Part shown: positions 1 through 8,355 of the stretch, piece by piece
Layout of the letters: each line of letters begins with the position of its first letter
Numbering within the stretch: the first letter of the stretch is position 1
Source: Mycobacterium phage Auspice
DNA length: 24,000 nucleotides
Sequence record: OR253916.1
Reading direction: 5' to 3' (one strand)
The notes under the pieces: generated by a model
Database searches by the model: none
What the model saw: only the letters and a program-made list of their open reading frames with translations
Told to the model about the DNA's origin: nothing
Made by a program: the position numbers and the translations under genes

Positions 1-86
1 CGGTTGCCGCTGAGCGGGAGGCTGCCGACAAGCGCATGTTCGACGGCCTCGACAAGGAGATCTTCGGCGATGGCGTACCCGAGTAA
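1..86 (+). CDS. 3' end of an unidentified upstream gene (…KRMFDGLDKEIFGDGVPE*)
   Basis: Open frame from the window edge to TAA at 84-86, overlapping the next ORF start at 70. Confidence 0.6.
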   Translation, partial: VAAEREAADKRMFDGLDKEIFGDGVPE

Positions 87-405
87 CTCGCCATCCATCC
101 CGGCGAAGGTCGCTGAGCTGGTGTACGCGGCGTTGGGCCACACCCTCAACCAGATCGACCAGCACGGCACCATCCCGATGGATATGCGCCGGAACATGCG
201 GAAGGTGTTGCAGGCGTACGACCGTGACCGTACGGCGGCATTGAACCGGCGCGGTGTGCCGACTGCAGTGGTGCAGGAGTACAAGGCCGCTGCGGCGGCG
301 AAGTTGGCCGAGTGGCTCGCGAAGCAGGCCGACAAGGTCGAGGTCGATGAGTCCGATTTCGAGCAGTGGGCAAAGGAGTTGAGCGGTGGCGACATCGATT
401 CTTAA
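70..405 (+). CDS. hypothetical protein
   Basis: ORF MAYPSNSPSIPAKVAELVYAAL… with ATG at 70; compact overlap with neighbours. Confidence 0.65.
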   Translation: MAYPSNSPSIPAKVAELVYAALGHTLNQIDQHGTIPMDMRRNMRKVLQAYDRDRTAALNRRGVPTAVVQEYKAAAAAKLAEWLAKQADKVEVDESDFEQWAKELSGGDIDS

Positions 406-859
406 GATCCGTGGCCCCTACGGGCCCGATGGTTCGCAGGGCGACGACGGTGTCGAGCTGTACAACGACGAGGTCGTCACGCCCTACGGCGTGCTGGGAA
501 CACTGCGATTGCGCCGCGAGGATGGCAAGCGGTTCATCACCCAGGCTGATGGTCTGATCCTGATCCGGCGCGGCTATCCCGCCGCGTGGACCGAAGAGTC
601 GCTGGCTGGTGTTGAGATGCACGAGACGCCGTTCGGTGTGCAGCTGTTCAAGCTCACGGCCGAGAACGGCTTCGTCACCTACCGGCTGCTGGACGACGAT
701 CTGCGCTGGGAAGACGAGTTCGACGGAATCGTCAGTACCGCAGCGGAGTACCAGCTGGCCATGCTGATCAAGTCCCAGTGGTTCGAGGTGTTCCCGCCGC
801 CCGAGAAGTACCGGCATGAAGTCATCACCCGAGACCTGAAGTTGGTGGACCCGCAGTGA
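386..859 (+). CDS. hypothetical protein
   Basis: 157-aa ORF, GTG start, stop overlaps the next start. Confidence 0.75.
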   Translation: MATSILKIRGPYGPDGSQGDDGVELYNDEVVTPYGVLGTLRLRREDGKRFITQADGLILIRRGYPAAWTEESLAGVEMHETPFGVQLFKLTAENGFVTYRLLDDDLRWEDEFDGIVSTAAEYQLAMLIKSQWFEVFPPPEKYRHEVITRDLKLVDPQ

Positions 860-1077
860 TCATCTACTTCGCGCACGCTAAGAGCGAGTCGGGTGACGAC
901 TACTACTTCGTCGGTAAGTCCGAGGCCGAGGTCAACATGCAGATCCTCGACATGGCGCGGATGGAGTGGGGTGACGACAATCCCGAGTTCGTGCCGGATC
1001 CGGAGTACGGCATTCACACCTACGACGACTGGCTGATGGACGGCTACCGGGTTCACATGGAGAAGTTCGAACTATGA
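856..1077 (+). CDS. hypothetical protein
   Basis: 73-aa ORF, stop/start overlaps on both sides. Confidence 0.7.
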   Translation: MIIYFAHAKSESGDDYYFVGKSEAEVNMQILDMARMEWGDDNPEFVPDPEYGIHTYDDWLMDGYRVHMEKFEL

Positions 1078-1337
1078 CCCAGACGATAGTGATGGACGCG
1101 GACACCGCGCTGGCACAGGCGATTAAGCAGCGTGCGGCAAGCGGCGAGAACCATTACCTGGTTCTCAAGGACAGTTCGGGCCGTGTCATGTACTCCGGTG
1201 AGATCTTCCAGTTCTCCTGGACACCCGGTGGTGACACGACCGTGACGCTGCGGCAGACAGAGCAGGCGCTGGCTGAGTCGGTGGCACTGTTCGCCGACTC
1301 GAAGCGCGCTGAGTTTGAGCTGCGCGGCTTGCTGTGA
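1074..1337 (+). CDS. hypothetical protein
   Basis: 87-aa ORF with ATGA-type overlap. Confidence 0.7.
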   Translation: MTQTIVMDADTALAQAIKQRAASGENHYLVLKDSSGRVMYSGEIFQFSWTPGGDTTVTLRQTEQALAESVALFADSKRAEFELRGLL

Positions 1338-1564
1338 CGCCAAAGTGGTTGCAGCCGTGGCTGTATCGCGGCAAGCATCGCGGAGAGTTCCCGTACCACT
1401 GCCCCGATGAGGTGTGCGTCCGGATCAAGTTCTGGCTCCACGGTTCACACGTGGTGATGGGCCGGGGCGTGAGCCATCGACCGGGAGCAGCGGCCTGGCG
1501 GCGCAACTGCGAGGCTTTGCTGCGGACTGATCCGAATGCGCCTTGGTGCCTCTATCGTGAATGA
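1334..1564 (+). CDS. hypothetical protein
   Basis: 76-aa ORF, GTG start overlapping the previous stop. Confidence 0.55.
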   Translation: MTPKWLQPWLYRGKHRGEFPYHCPDEVCVRIKFWLHGSHVVMGRGVSHRPGAAAWRRNCEALLRTDPNAPWCLYRE

Positions 1565-1955
1565 AAGACAATGCAGGGCAGAAGTTCTCGAACGGTGCGG
1601 AGGGTTGTGTGAGCGGTGCGGACGCGGTGGGCCAGTCACCATGCACCACCGGAAGAAGCGCGGCCAAGGCGGGCCCTGGGAACCCTGGAACATCGTCGCG
1701 CTATGCGGCCATGGAACAACTGGCTGCCACGGCTGGGTTGAAGCTAACCCCCTGGCAGCTCACGCTACTGGTTGGCATGTCCGACCCTGGGAAGACCCGC
1801 GCAGTGTGCGCCCCACCCCAATATGGGAGACGGGGCTTCGAGACGGACCTGATGATCCTGGACGAGCTTCTGACCAGCAGAAACGCTTCCTGTATTCACC
1901 CTCCGAGCCACCTTATTCTGAGTACGTCGAGCCGGAAGATTGGTTCGACATCTGA
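1557..1955 (+). CDS. HNH-type endonuclease
   Basis: CERCGRGGPVTMHHRKKRGQGG…NIVALC…CHGWVE: paired Cys plus HH core and downstream Cys/His typical of HNH nucleases. GTG start at 1557 (VNERQCRAEVLERCGG). Confidence 0.8.
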   Translation: MNERQCRAEVLERCGGLCERCGRGGPVTMHHRKKRGQGGPWEPWNIVALCGHGTTGCHGWVEANPLAAHATGWHVRPWEDPRSVRPTPIWETGLRDGPDDPGRASDQQKRFLYSPSEPPYSEYVEPEDWFDI

Positions 1956-1975
1956 CCCCGAATGAAACGAGAGAC

Positions 1976-2422
1976 ATGGCCCTGACACTTCCTGTCGTCA
2001 CCATCGAAGGCACCCTGACGGCCGACCCGACCCTGAACTTCACGCAGGGTGGCACTGCGGTGTCGAACATCACCATCGCGTGCAACACTCGCCGCAAGAA
2101 CCCGCAGACCGATCAGTGGGAAGACGGCGACACCACGTTCATGCGTGGCACCATCTGGAAGCAGTTGGCGGAGAACGTCGCTGAGTCCCTCCGCAAGGGT
2201 GACCGTGTCCTCGCGCACGGCGTCCTGAAGCAGAAGGACTACGAGAAGGACGGCGTCAAGCGCACCGCCTACGAGCTGGACATCGAGGGCATCGGCCCCT
2301 CGCTGCGGTTCGCAACGGCGTCGGTGACCAAGAGTTCCGGTGGCTCCGGTGGAGGGGCCCGCCAGCAGCCCAAGGAGGATCCGTGGGGCGGCAGCTCCGA
2401 TGACTGGGGCGGCGACTTCTGA
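1976..2422 (+). CDS. ssb: single-stranded DNA-binding protein
   Basis: OB-fold SSB pattern: LPVVTIEGTLTADPTLNFTQGGTAVSNITIACNTR…DTTFMRGTIWKQLAENVAESLRKGDRVLAHGVL, Gly-rich linker and acidic tail DDWGGDF. Confidence 0.92.
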   Translation: MALTLPVVTIEGTLTADPTLNFTQGGTAVSNITIACNTRRKNPQTDQWEDGDTTFMRGTIWKQLAENVAESLRKGDRVLAHGVLKQKDYEKDGVKRTAYELDIEGIGPSLRFATASVTKSSGGSGGGARQQPKEDPWGGSSDDWGGDF

Positions 2423-2436
2423 TCTAGCTGGCGTGA

Positions 2437-2474
2437 AGGGCCGGTGCCGACCTGAGAACGGCACCGGCCCTTTG
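2437..2474 (+). terminator. rho-independent terminator
   Basis: AGGGCCGGTGCCG…CGGCACCGGCCCT (13-bp perfect stem) followed by TTTGTGT, directly after ssb. Confidence 0.85.
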
Positions 2475-2502
2475 TGTCTCATGATCACGACGAGGAGGAG
2501 CC

Positions 2503-3060
2503 ATGGCACGACTTACTGCTGCGCAGTTGCGCAAGAAACACCAGGACACCTTCGAGAAGTTCTGGGCGGCGTACCCGCGCCACACGCACATCACCGAAGC
2601 CCAAAAGGCGTGGGCCGACCTCATGGAGGAGGGCCGCGACGCCAACCAGATCGTCAGCGCTGCAAGGCGTTACGCCGCCAGCGTGGCCAACACGGACATG
2701 AAGTACGTGCCAGGTCCCCACAACTGGCTGCGGGCAGGCCAATACGACGACGCGGACCTGTTCCAGGACGAGCGTCAGGCCCAGATCAACTGGCTCAAGC
2801 AGATGTGGAAGACCGCCAACGTCAAGGCCGTTGAAGACCGGTTCCACGTCACGATGCCGAAGAAGTACCCGCCCGAGGACATCACCGAACCGGACGCCGT
2901 GGCGTTCTGGTACCGGACTCAGGCGCAAGCATGGATCTTCGAGATGTACAAGGAGAAGTACGAGAAGTGCCCGACGGCAACCAGCCAGCCTACGACGAGC
3001 GAGCCGAGCAGTCCGTCCTTGGAGCCATCCTCCACAACCCAGATGTCTTTGGCGATCTGA
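2503..3060 (+). CDS. hypothetical replication-associated protein
   Basis: 185-aa ORF (MARLTAAQLRKKHQDTFEKFWAAYPRH…) immediately upstream of and overlapping the dnaB-like gene; product not assignable. Confidence 0.7.
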   Translation: MARLTAAQLRKKHQDTFEKFWAAYPRHTHITEAQKAWADLMEEGRDANQIVSAARRYAASVANTDMKYVPGPHNWLRAGQYDDADLFQDERQAQINWLKQMWKTANVKAVEDRFHVTMPKKYPPEDITEPDAVAFWYRTQAQAWIFEMYKEKYEKCPTATSQPTTSEPSSPSLEPSSTTQMSLAI

Positions 3061-4253
3061 AGAAGCTGAAGGCCGAGCACTTCTTCCTCCCGGCCCATGA
3101 GGTCATCTTTGCGACCCTGAGCCAGATGTACGTCGATGACCAGAAGATCGACTCGATCACGGTCTTCGCGAAGCTGTCTGAGAACCAGGATCTTCGCCGG
3201 GTCGGCGGGGCCCCTTACCTGGCAGATCTGTTGCAGGCGTTCAAGTCTGCGCAGAACGTCAGCGCCTACGCTGACATCGTCATCGACAAGTGGCGGATCC
3301 GGCAGATCAACTCGCTGGGGCAGCGGTTCCAGACCATCTCGGCCAGCACCAACGACGTTGACTCCGCACTCGACGCGGCCCGCCGCTTCCTGGACGAGGT
3401 CGATGAGCAGCAGGACATGGATGCGGTCAACTTCCGCGACCTGTTCCAGATCTGGACCGAGGCCCAAGAGGACGACCGACCGGCCATCGAGACGCCGTTC
3501 ATCGGTCTCAATGACCGTCTGGCAGGCGGATTCCACCGTCAGCGCCTCTACGTCATCGGTGCCCGTCCTGGCTGCGGTAAGACGATCCTGGGGGCCCAGT
3601 GCGCCCTGTACGCCGCGCAGATGCACCACAAGGCGCTGATCTTCTCCCTGGAGCTGTCCAAGGAGGATCTGATGGGCCGCATCCTGGCGTGTGGTGCCCG
3701 TGCCGACTATGGGCAGATCACCGCGAAGCGCATGTCGACGGAGACGCTGGCGAAGGTGACGCGGTGGGCGAGTGCCGCCGCGAACCTGACTCTCGAGGTG
3801 GACGACCGGCCGGATCACACCATCGAGTCCATCGCGCAGGCGTGCCGGATCAAGAAGCAGCGCGAGGGTCTGGACTTCGTCTTCATCGACTACCTGCAGT
3901 TGGTGGAGCAGTCGAAGGGGCAGAACCGTGTGGAGGCGGTTGACCACATGGCGGCGCGTGCCCGTCAGATCGCCCGAAAGCTGGACTGCGTGGTGGTCGT
4001 GGCCGCGCAGCTCAACCGCAAGATCGAGGACAACGGTGGCAAGCCGCGCCTGCCGACCAAGTCCGATTTCCGTGAGTCCGGTGGCATCGAGCAGACCGCT
4101 GATGCCGCACTCGTCCTGTCACGACCGGTGGACGAGAACGGGGAGGAGGCCGACAAGATGCCCATGATGAACTTGACGCTTGTCAAGAACCGCACTGGCA
4201 TGGAGGGAACCATGCAGCTGCGGGAGCGTTTCGACATGGCGATGTTCCAGTGA
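2967..4253 (+). CDS. dnaB: DnaB-like replicative helicase
   Basis: N-terminal QPAYDERAEQSVLGAILHNP, Walker A GARPGCGKTILGAQ, LIFSLELSKEDLMGRILA, Walker B LDFVFIDYLQLV, and SDFRESGGIEQTADAALVLSR. Likely GTG start at 2967 (ORF open from 2931). Confidence 0.93.
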   Translation: MPDGNQPAYDERAEQSVLGAILHNPDVFGDLKKLKAEHFFLPAHEVIFATLSQMYVDDQKIDSITVFAKLSENQDLRRVGGAPYLADLLQAFKSAQNVSAYADIVIDKWRIRQINSLGQRFQTISASTNDVDSALDAARRFLDEVDEQQDMDAVNFRDLFQIWTEAQEDDRPAIETPFIGLNDRLAGGFHRQRLYVIGARPGCGKTILGAQCALYAAQMHHKALIFSLELSKEDLMGRILACGARADYGQITAKRMSTETLAKVTRWASAAANLTLEVDDRPDHTIESIAQACRIKKQREGLDFVFIDYLQLVEQSKGQNRVEAVDHMAARARQIARKLDCVVVVAAQLNRKIEDNGGKPRLPTKSDFRESGGIEQTADAALVLSRPVDENGEEADKMPMMNLTLVKNRTGMEGTMQLRERFDMAMFQ

Positions 4254-4594
4254 GCAAGCTGTGGCATCGAGCAGACGAATGGACCAATCACGCCCCTTGC
4301 GTGGGGAAGATCGACTTCATCATCGACCCCGACACACTGGGGCCGGATCGCACCGAGGTCGTCAAGGCCACCTGCGCGGCCTGTCCCGTGCGCCCCGAAT
4401 GCATCGAGACGAACACGAAGCCCGTCTCGGACTTCTGGAGGAAGGCGCTGCGGCCTTCGAACGGTATATGGGTCGCAGGGGAGTGGCTTCCGGAGCGTCA
4501 GAAGGTGTCGGAGGCGGTGCTGGAGACGACGCGGCAGATGCTGCTGGCCCGCCTTCCGGAGGAGCGCCGCAACCGGCCGGACCACATCCTGTGA
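4250..4594 (+). CDS. WhiB-like transcription factor
   Basis: APC…TCAACPVRPECIE (Fe-S Cys pattern) and GIWVAGEW. Confidence 0.85.
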   Translation: MSKLWHRADEWTNHAPCVGKIDFIIDPDTLGPDRTEVVKATCAACPVRPECIETNTKPVSDFWRKALRPSNGIWVAGEWLPERQKVSEAVLETTRQMLLARLPEERRNRPDHIL

Positions 4595-4788
4595 CCGACA
4601 CAACAGTCCCAGATTTGGGAATTAGGTAGTGCGCGTGGTAAATGGCCTCATGTTTGCCTCTTCTGCAACGAGGCTTGTCGGTACCCGTCGGTACAGTCCT
4701 GACTCGCTGGTGACGGCCCGCCGCTACCCAATGTGACCCAGATGTAAACCTCCTCCCAGTCGGGAGCTGACCGAGAAAGTTGCTAAAA

Positions 4789-5208
4789 GTGGGCCGAAGC
4801 CGCAAGTCCGCAAAGGCGGCTGGCGCATCGTTCGAGCGCCTGATCGCAGATGGGCTACGAGATGCATTGGGTGACAAGAATATTCAGCGTGCTCCGCGCT
4901 GGGGAAGCGTCGACAAGGGCGACATCATCAACGTCCGCATCGACGGTCAAGATTTGGTTATACAGACTAAAGACGTTACTCGTTTGGACCTTCCCAAGGG
5001 TGTCGGAGACGCTAAACTTCAAGCCGTGAATGCAGGGGCCCTCGCAGGCCTGTTCATCCACAAGCGCAAGGGAACCACTGACCCGATGAAGCAATGGGTT
5101 AGCTGTACCGTTGCGGAGCTAGTTGCACTGATCACCAAGGTTCCGGTACACGCCGGGGCTGTGGAAGGGAATGAAGGGAGGGCGGATGACCGCCACTCTG
5201 GAGAATGA
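4789..5208 (+). CDS. Holliday junction resolvase-like / PD-(D/E)XK family protein
   Basis: GRSRKSAKAAGASFERLIADGL…PRWGSVDKGDIINVRIDGQDLVIQTKD resembles phage RusA/HJR-like nucleases; ORF listed from TTG at 4780, GTG at 4789 is an alternative start. Confidence 0.65.
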   Translation: MGRSRKSAKAAGASFERLIADGLRDALGDKNIQRAPRWGSVDKGDIINVRIDGQDLVIQTKDVTRLDLPKGVGDAKLQAVNAGALAGLFIHKRKGTTDPMKQWVSCTVAELVALITKVPVHAGAVEGNEGRADDRHSGE

Positions 5209-5812
5209 CACCGACTTCGACTGGCGCACCCGTTCGGTGTGCGAGGCAGAAGACTTCGACATGACATTCGTGGATGTGGACGACCTGATCGAGCAGGGCG
5301 TCGAGCGTGACATGGCCAAGGACATCATCAAGCAGCACGATGATGCCGCCAAGGCTGTGTGTGATCGCTGCCCCGTCGTCGCCCAGTGCCTGAACCAGGC
5401 CATGGAGGACAACGAGGAGTACGGCGTGTGGGGCGGCAAGAACCCCGCCGAACGCAACCGCGAGCGTCACATCTGGCTGCAGATCCGTGGCATCCCGTCG
5501 CTGCCCGCCGATCTCGGTGAGGTCAAGGATCCCGATGCTCTCAGCTCAAACGCTGCGGCCAATGCGAAGTTGACCCGCCGCAACGAGCGGGCCCGCATCG
5601 CGCGGGATCTGCTGCTGATGCAGCCCGCCGACTGGACCAACACCACGCGGTCCTCCGGTACCCACACCCGCGAGCAGTACCTGGCGGTGATGGACATGAT
5701 CCTGGCGAACCCGGCCTCGACGGCTGAGGTGATCGCGAACCGGATCGGTCGCCGGGGTGAGTACATCAACTCGATGCTCCGCGAGGTCTGCAAGGCCCTC
5801 GAGGTCAACTAG
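5171..5812 (+). CDS. second WhiB-like protein with C-terminal extension
   Basis: VC…VCDRCPVVAQCLNQAMEDNEEYGVWGGKNPAERNR is a canonical WhiB core, followed by about 110 extra residues with a possible HTH (ASTAEVIANRIGRRGEYINSMLREV). Confidence 0.88.
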   Translation: MKGGRMTATLENDTDFDWRTRSVCEAEDFDMTFVDVDDLIEQGVERDMAKDIIKQHDDAAKAVCDRCPVVAQCLNQAMEDNEEYGVWGGKNPAERNRERHIWLQIRGIPSLPADLGEVKDPDALSSNAAANAKLTRRNERARIARDLLLMQPADWTNTTRSSGTHTREQYLAVMDMILANPASTAEVIANRIGRRGEYINSMLREVCKALEVN

Positions 5813-5819
5813 CTCTGCC

Positions 5820-5868
5820 ACCAAAGGGCGGGATGTAGGTCTTCGGATCTGCCTCCCGCCCTTGGTGT
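5820..5868 (+). terminator. terminator-like hairpin
   Basis: CCAAAGGGCGGGA … TCCCGCCCTTGG with TGTTT downstream; stem with one bulge and a large internal segment. Confidence 0.65.
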
Positions 5869-5893
5869 TTCATCGCCACGGACGTGTGTGCGT

Positions 5894-5907
5894 TTGTATT
5901 GATACAA
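5894..5907. promoter_or_regulatory. palindromic operator-like / -10-like element TTGTATTGATACAA
   Basis: Near-perfect palindrome containing TACAAT, in the only long non-coding gap left of the RNA island. Confidence 0.35.
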
Positions 5908-6020
5908 TGAGGTTGCCAGGAGTTGAGCCTCGCTCCTCCGGTACCCCCGTGGATGATTCTGTGACGCCGTCCGACGCGCCTGCCCACGGGGGTTCTACTT
6001 TTTCTAGGCTCTGACCTGGG

Positions 6021-6042
6021 AAAAGCTTCCTGTAATCACCCC
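6021..6042 (+). promoter_or_regulatory. CTGTAATC motif, copy 1
   Basis: AAGCTTCCTGTAATCACCC; core TCCTGTAATCACC recurs at 8306 and 12737. Confidence 0.5.
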
Positions 6043-6069
6043 TTTTGAAGCCGTACCGTATTACTCGGT

Positions 6070-6318
6070 ATGAGCGAACAATGTTGGGGCGGCACCCTTT
6101 CAAGCGACGGCCGAATCCAAGTTCTCGAAAATGAGCTGGCTGAAGCGCGTGCGCGTGCGAACAATGCGGAGCGCAAGCTGGCTGCGGTCATCGACCTGGT
6201 GGACCGGTGGATGCGGGACTACGGGCCCGGTACTCGCACCGAGGAAATTCTTGGGCCGCAGAAAGTTTCGGTTGCATTCGTTCACCGCTCGATCAAGGAG
6301 ACGGCCAACGATGCGTGA
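6070..6318 (+). CDS. hypothetical protein
   Basis: 82-aa ORF MSEQCWGGTLSSDGRIQVLENELAEARARANNAE… with predicted coiled coil. Confidence 0.65.
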   Translation: MSEQCWGGTLSSDGRIQVLENELAEARARANNAERKLAAVIDLVDRWMRDYGPGTRTEEILGPQKVSVAFVHRSIKETANDA

Positions 6319-6784
6319 TCCCGATGTGATCCTCACAAACCGAGACGGCGATGTGTACCTCAAGCGCTGGCACATCATTCCGCGCAACCGGTTCTTCAAC
6401 ATCTACCTGCACCAGTTCCTGTCCAGCGATGACGACAGGGCCCTGCATGATCACCCGTGGTGGTTCGCCAGCCTGGTGTTGAAGGGCGGCTACTGGGAGC
6501 ACCGCAAGACCGGCTGGGCGACATGGCGTGGCCCTGGATCTTTCGCGATCCGCAGGCCGAAGACCGCTCACCGTGTCGAGTTGGCCACCGAATTGGCCCA
6601 CGTTGAGACGATCTTCGACTCCCGCACCCTGAAGCCGGTGCGACGGAAGTACAAGACCGTCGCCAAGCCCGCTTGGACACTGATTTTCACCGGCCCCCGA
6701 TTCCGCTCCTGGGGATTCCACTGCCCACAGGGCTGGACCCACTGGAAGCGATTCACCGACCGCAACGGATGTGGAGAACGATGA
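6311..6784 (+). CDS. cupin-like protein
   Basis: LHDHPWWFASLVLKGGYWEHR…PGSFAIRRPKTAHRVEL matches cupin-type His/Glu metal motif spacing. Confidence 0.6.
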   Translation: MRDPDVILTNRDGDVYLKRWHIIPRNRFFNIYLHQFLSSDDDRALHDHPWWFASLVLKGGYWEHRKTGWATWRGPGSFAIRRPKTAHRVELATELAHVETIFDSRTLKPVRRKYKTVAKPAWTLIFTGPRFRSWGFHCPQGWTHWKRFTDRNGCGER

Positions 6785-7044
6785 GCGACCTGATCAACGT
6801 CCAGGACGTGGACGACGCCAGCTTCCCAGTGGGCACCATTCTGGTGGAGCAGTACCACTACTTGCCGACCACGATGCTGCGAACTCACATGTCGCGCACC
6901 CCCGATGGCCGGGTTGAGCCTGGGCGAGGTGACGTATGGATGGCGATCCATAACGACGCCTCCTTCCAGTGCTACAGCTCCCTCAAAGCATTCGTCCATA
7001 GCCAGGGTGGCCATGGACTGTTCCAGGAGGTTTTCCGCCCGTGA
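6781..7044 (+). CDS. hypothetical protein
   Basis: MSDLINVQDVDDASFPVGTILVEQYHYL…; ATG at 6781 overlaps the previous stop. Confidence 0.65.
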   Translation: MSDLINVQDVDDASFPVGTILVEQYHYLPTTMLRTHMSRTPDGRVEPGRGDVWMAIHNDASFQCYSSLKAFVHSQGGHGLFQEVFRP

Positions 7045-7286
7045 CCGAAGATCACGAAACCCACACCAGCGTTGGCGATGAGGTCAAGGACCGAATCAAC
7101 GAGCAGCTCGACCCCGAGATCACCGTGGAGACCGCCGAAGAAGCGGCCCGCAAGGACAAGTTCCACCGCAAGCCGAACCGCCAGATGCGCCGAGACATGC
7201 TGCGCCTCGTCGGCGAAGTCAAGTCCAACCGGCCCCGCATCCGCCGCCGCGTCTACCGCGTCCGCAAGTACTACGAGGCCAAGTGA
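7041..7286 (+). CDS. hypothetical protein
   Basis: 81-aa ORF with overlapping start and stop junctions. Confidence 0.65.
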   Translation: MTEDHETHTSVGDEVKDRINEQLDPEITVETAEEAARKDKFHRKPNRQMRRDMLRLVGEVKSNRPRIRRRVYRVRKYYEAK

Positions 7287-7703
7287 TTGTGCCCCAATCA
7301 CCCTGACAGGCCGGTCAAAAGCCGGGGGCTCTGTGGCAGCTGCTACGACCGAGAGCTAAAGCGTGAGAATCCCGAGTACGCAGAGCGACAGCGTCAGAAT
7401 CGGCGCGAGTGGGGCGAGCGACCCGAATCCCAGCAAAAGATGCGGGACAACGAGGCACGCTACCGACGTAAGTACGGTAGCAGGGCGCACCGCGAATATG
7501 GCATCACCCGCGAGGAATACGACGCCTACATGGCCAAGCCATGTGGAATCTGCGGGGAGCCGTCAAAACATCTGGACCACAACCACACTACCGGCGAGAT
7601 ACGCGGAGGCTTGTGCCACCGATGCAATCTCGGACTCGGCTATTACGAGGGCTGGTTCCTCGAACATCGTCACGCAGCACTGAAATGGATCGGAGCGGAA
7701 TGA
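7287..7703 (+). CDS. recombination endonuclease VII-like protein
   Basis: YGITREEYDAYMAKPCGICGEPSKHLDHNHTTGEIRGGLCHRCNLGLGYY is the EndoVII signature; extra N-terminal CPNH…CGSCY. Confidence 0.9.
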   Translation: MCPNHPDRPVKSRGLCGSCYDRELKRENPEYAERQRQNRREWGERPESQQKMRDNEARYRRKYGSRAHREYGITREEYDAYMAKPCGICGEPSKHLDHNHTTGEIRGGLCHRCNLGLGYYEGWFLEHRHAALKWIGAE

Positions 7704-8302
7704 GCACAGGAGAAGTTGTCCACACATCAGCCACAGGTGGACAAAAGGCGGGTAACCGTGTGCGGATGAGCCTGGTGCCAGGCCGGGAGCTGCTCGATGT
7801 GGCAGAGCTGTACGGCAAGGGTGCTGAGAAGTATTCGGCGTGGAACTGGGCCAAGGGATATGACTGGTCGCTCTCCTTTGACGCCCTCAACCGCCATCTG
7901 TGGGCCTGGTGGGACGGCGAGGAGTTCGACAACGGCGAGGGCGGCACTGGCCTGGAGCACCTCACAGCGGTCGTGTTCCACGCTCTGGCGCTGATGTACT
8001 TCCGCAAGCACTTCCCCGAGCTGGATGACCGGCCGAACACAGTGCTGGCTCGCAACGCGGAAGCCGAAAAGCCTGAGATGGCCAACGAAGTCAGCTTCCC
8101 ACTGAGGATGGAGCGCCTCACCCCAGAGTGGACCCGCGCGTTCACCTGGTACTGGGCGGGCACACAGTACAAGTGGCTGGACGGCGACAGGGGACCGGGC
8201 TGGTACTTCCACAGCGGCAGCCAGTGGGTCTGGTCCAGTGAGAACTTGGAATCCGGCCAGGGGCTCGGGTCCAACGTGATCTACAGCCGGGTCCGCGACT
8301 AA
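7700..8302 (+). CDS. dATP/dGTP diphosphohydrolase-like (DUF5664-like) N-terminal domain protein
   Basis: LLDVAELYGKGAEKYSAWNWAKGYDWSLSFDALNRHLWAWWDGEEFDNGEGGTGLEHLTAVVFHALAL. Confidence 0.6.
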   Translation: MSTGEVVHTSATGGQKAGNRVRMSLVPGRELLDVAELYGKGAEKYSAWNWAKGYDWSLSFDALNRHLWAWWDGEEFDNGEGGTGLEHLTAVVFHALALMYFRKHFPELDDRPNTVLARNAEAEKPEMANEVSFPLRMERLTPEWTRAFTWYWAGTQYKWLDGDRGPGWYFHSGSQWVWSSENLESGQGLGSNVIYSRVRD

Positions 8303-8305
8303 CCC

Positions 8306-8319
8306 TCCTGTAATCACCC
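8306..8319 (+). promoter_or_regulatory. CTGTAATC motif, copy 2
   Basis: TCCTGTAATCACCC between the 8302 stop and the 8356 start; AGATAAG follows about 11 nt downstream. Confidence 0.5.
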
Positions 8320-8355
8320 TCAGGAGCCAGATAAGTTGAGAGACATGGAGAACCG

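Noticed and set aside
2919-3947. Long minus-strand ORFs (e.g. 2919-3947, 6568-7014, 8452-9165, 18959-19951, 20183-21118)
   Set aside because: They are shadow ORFs opposite well-supported + strand genes (dnaB, exonuclease, rtcB, SPFH), as expected in high-GC DNA.
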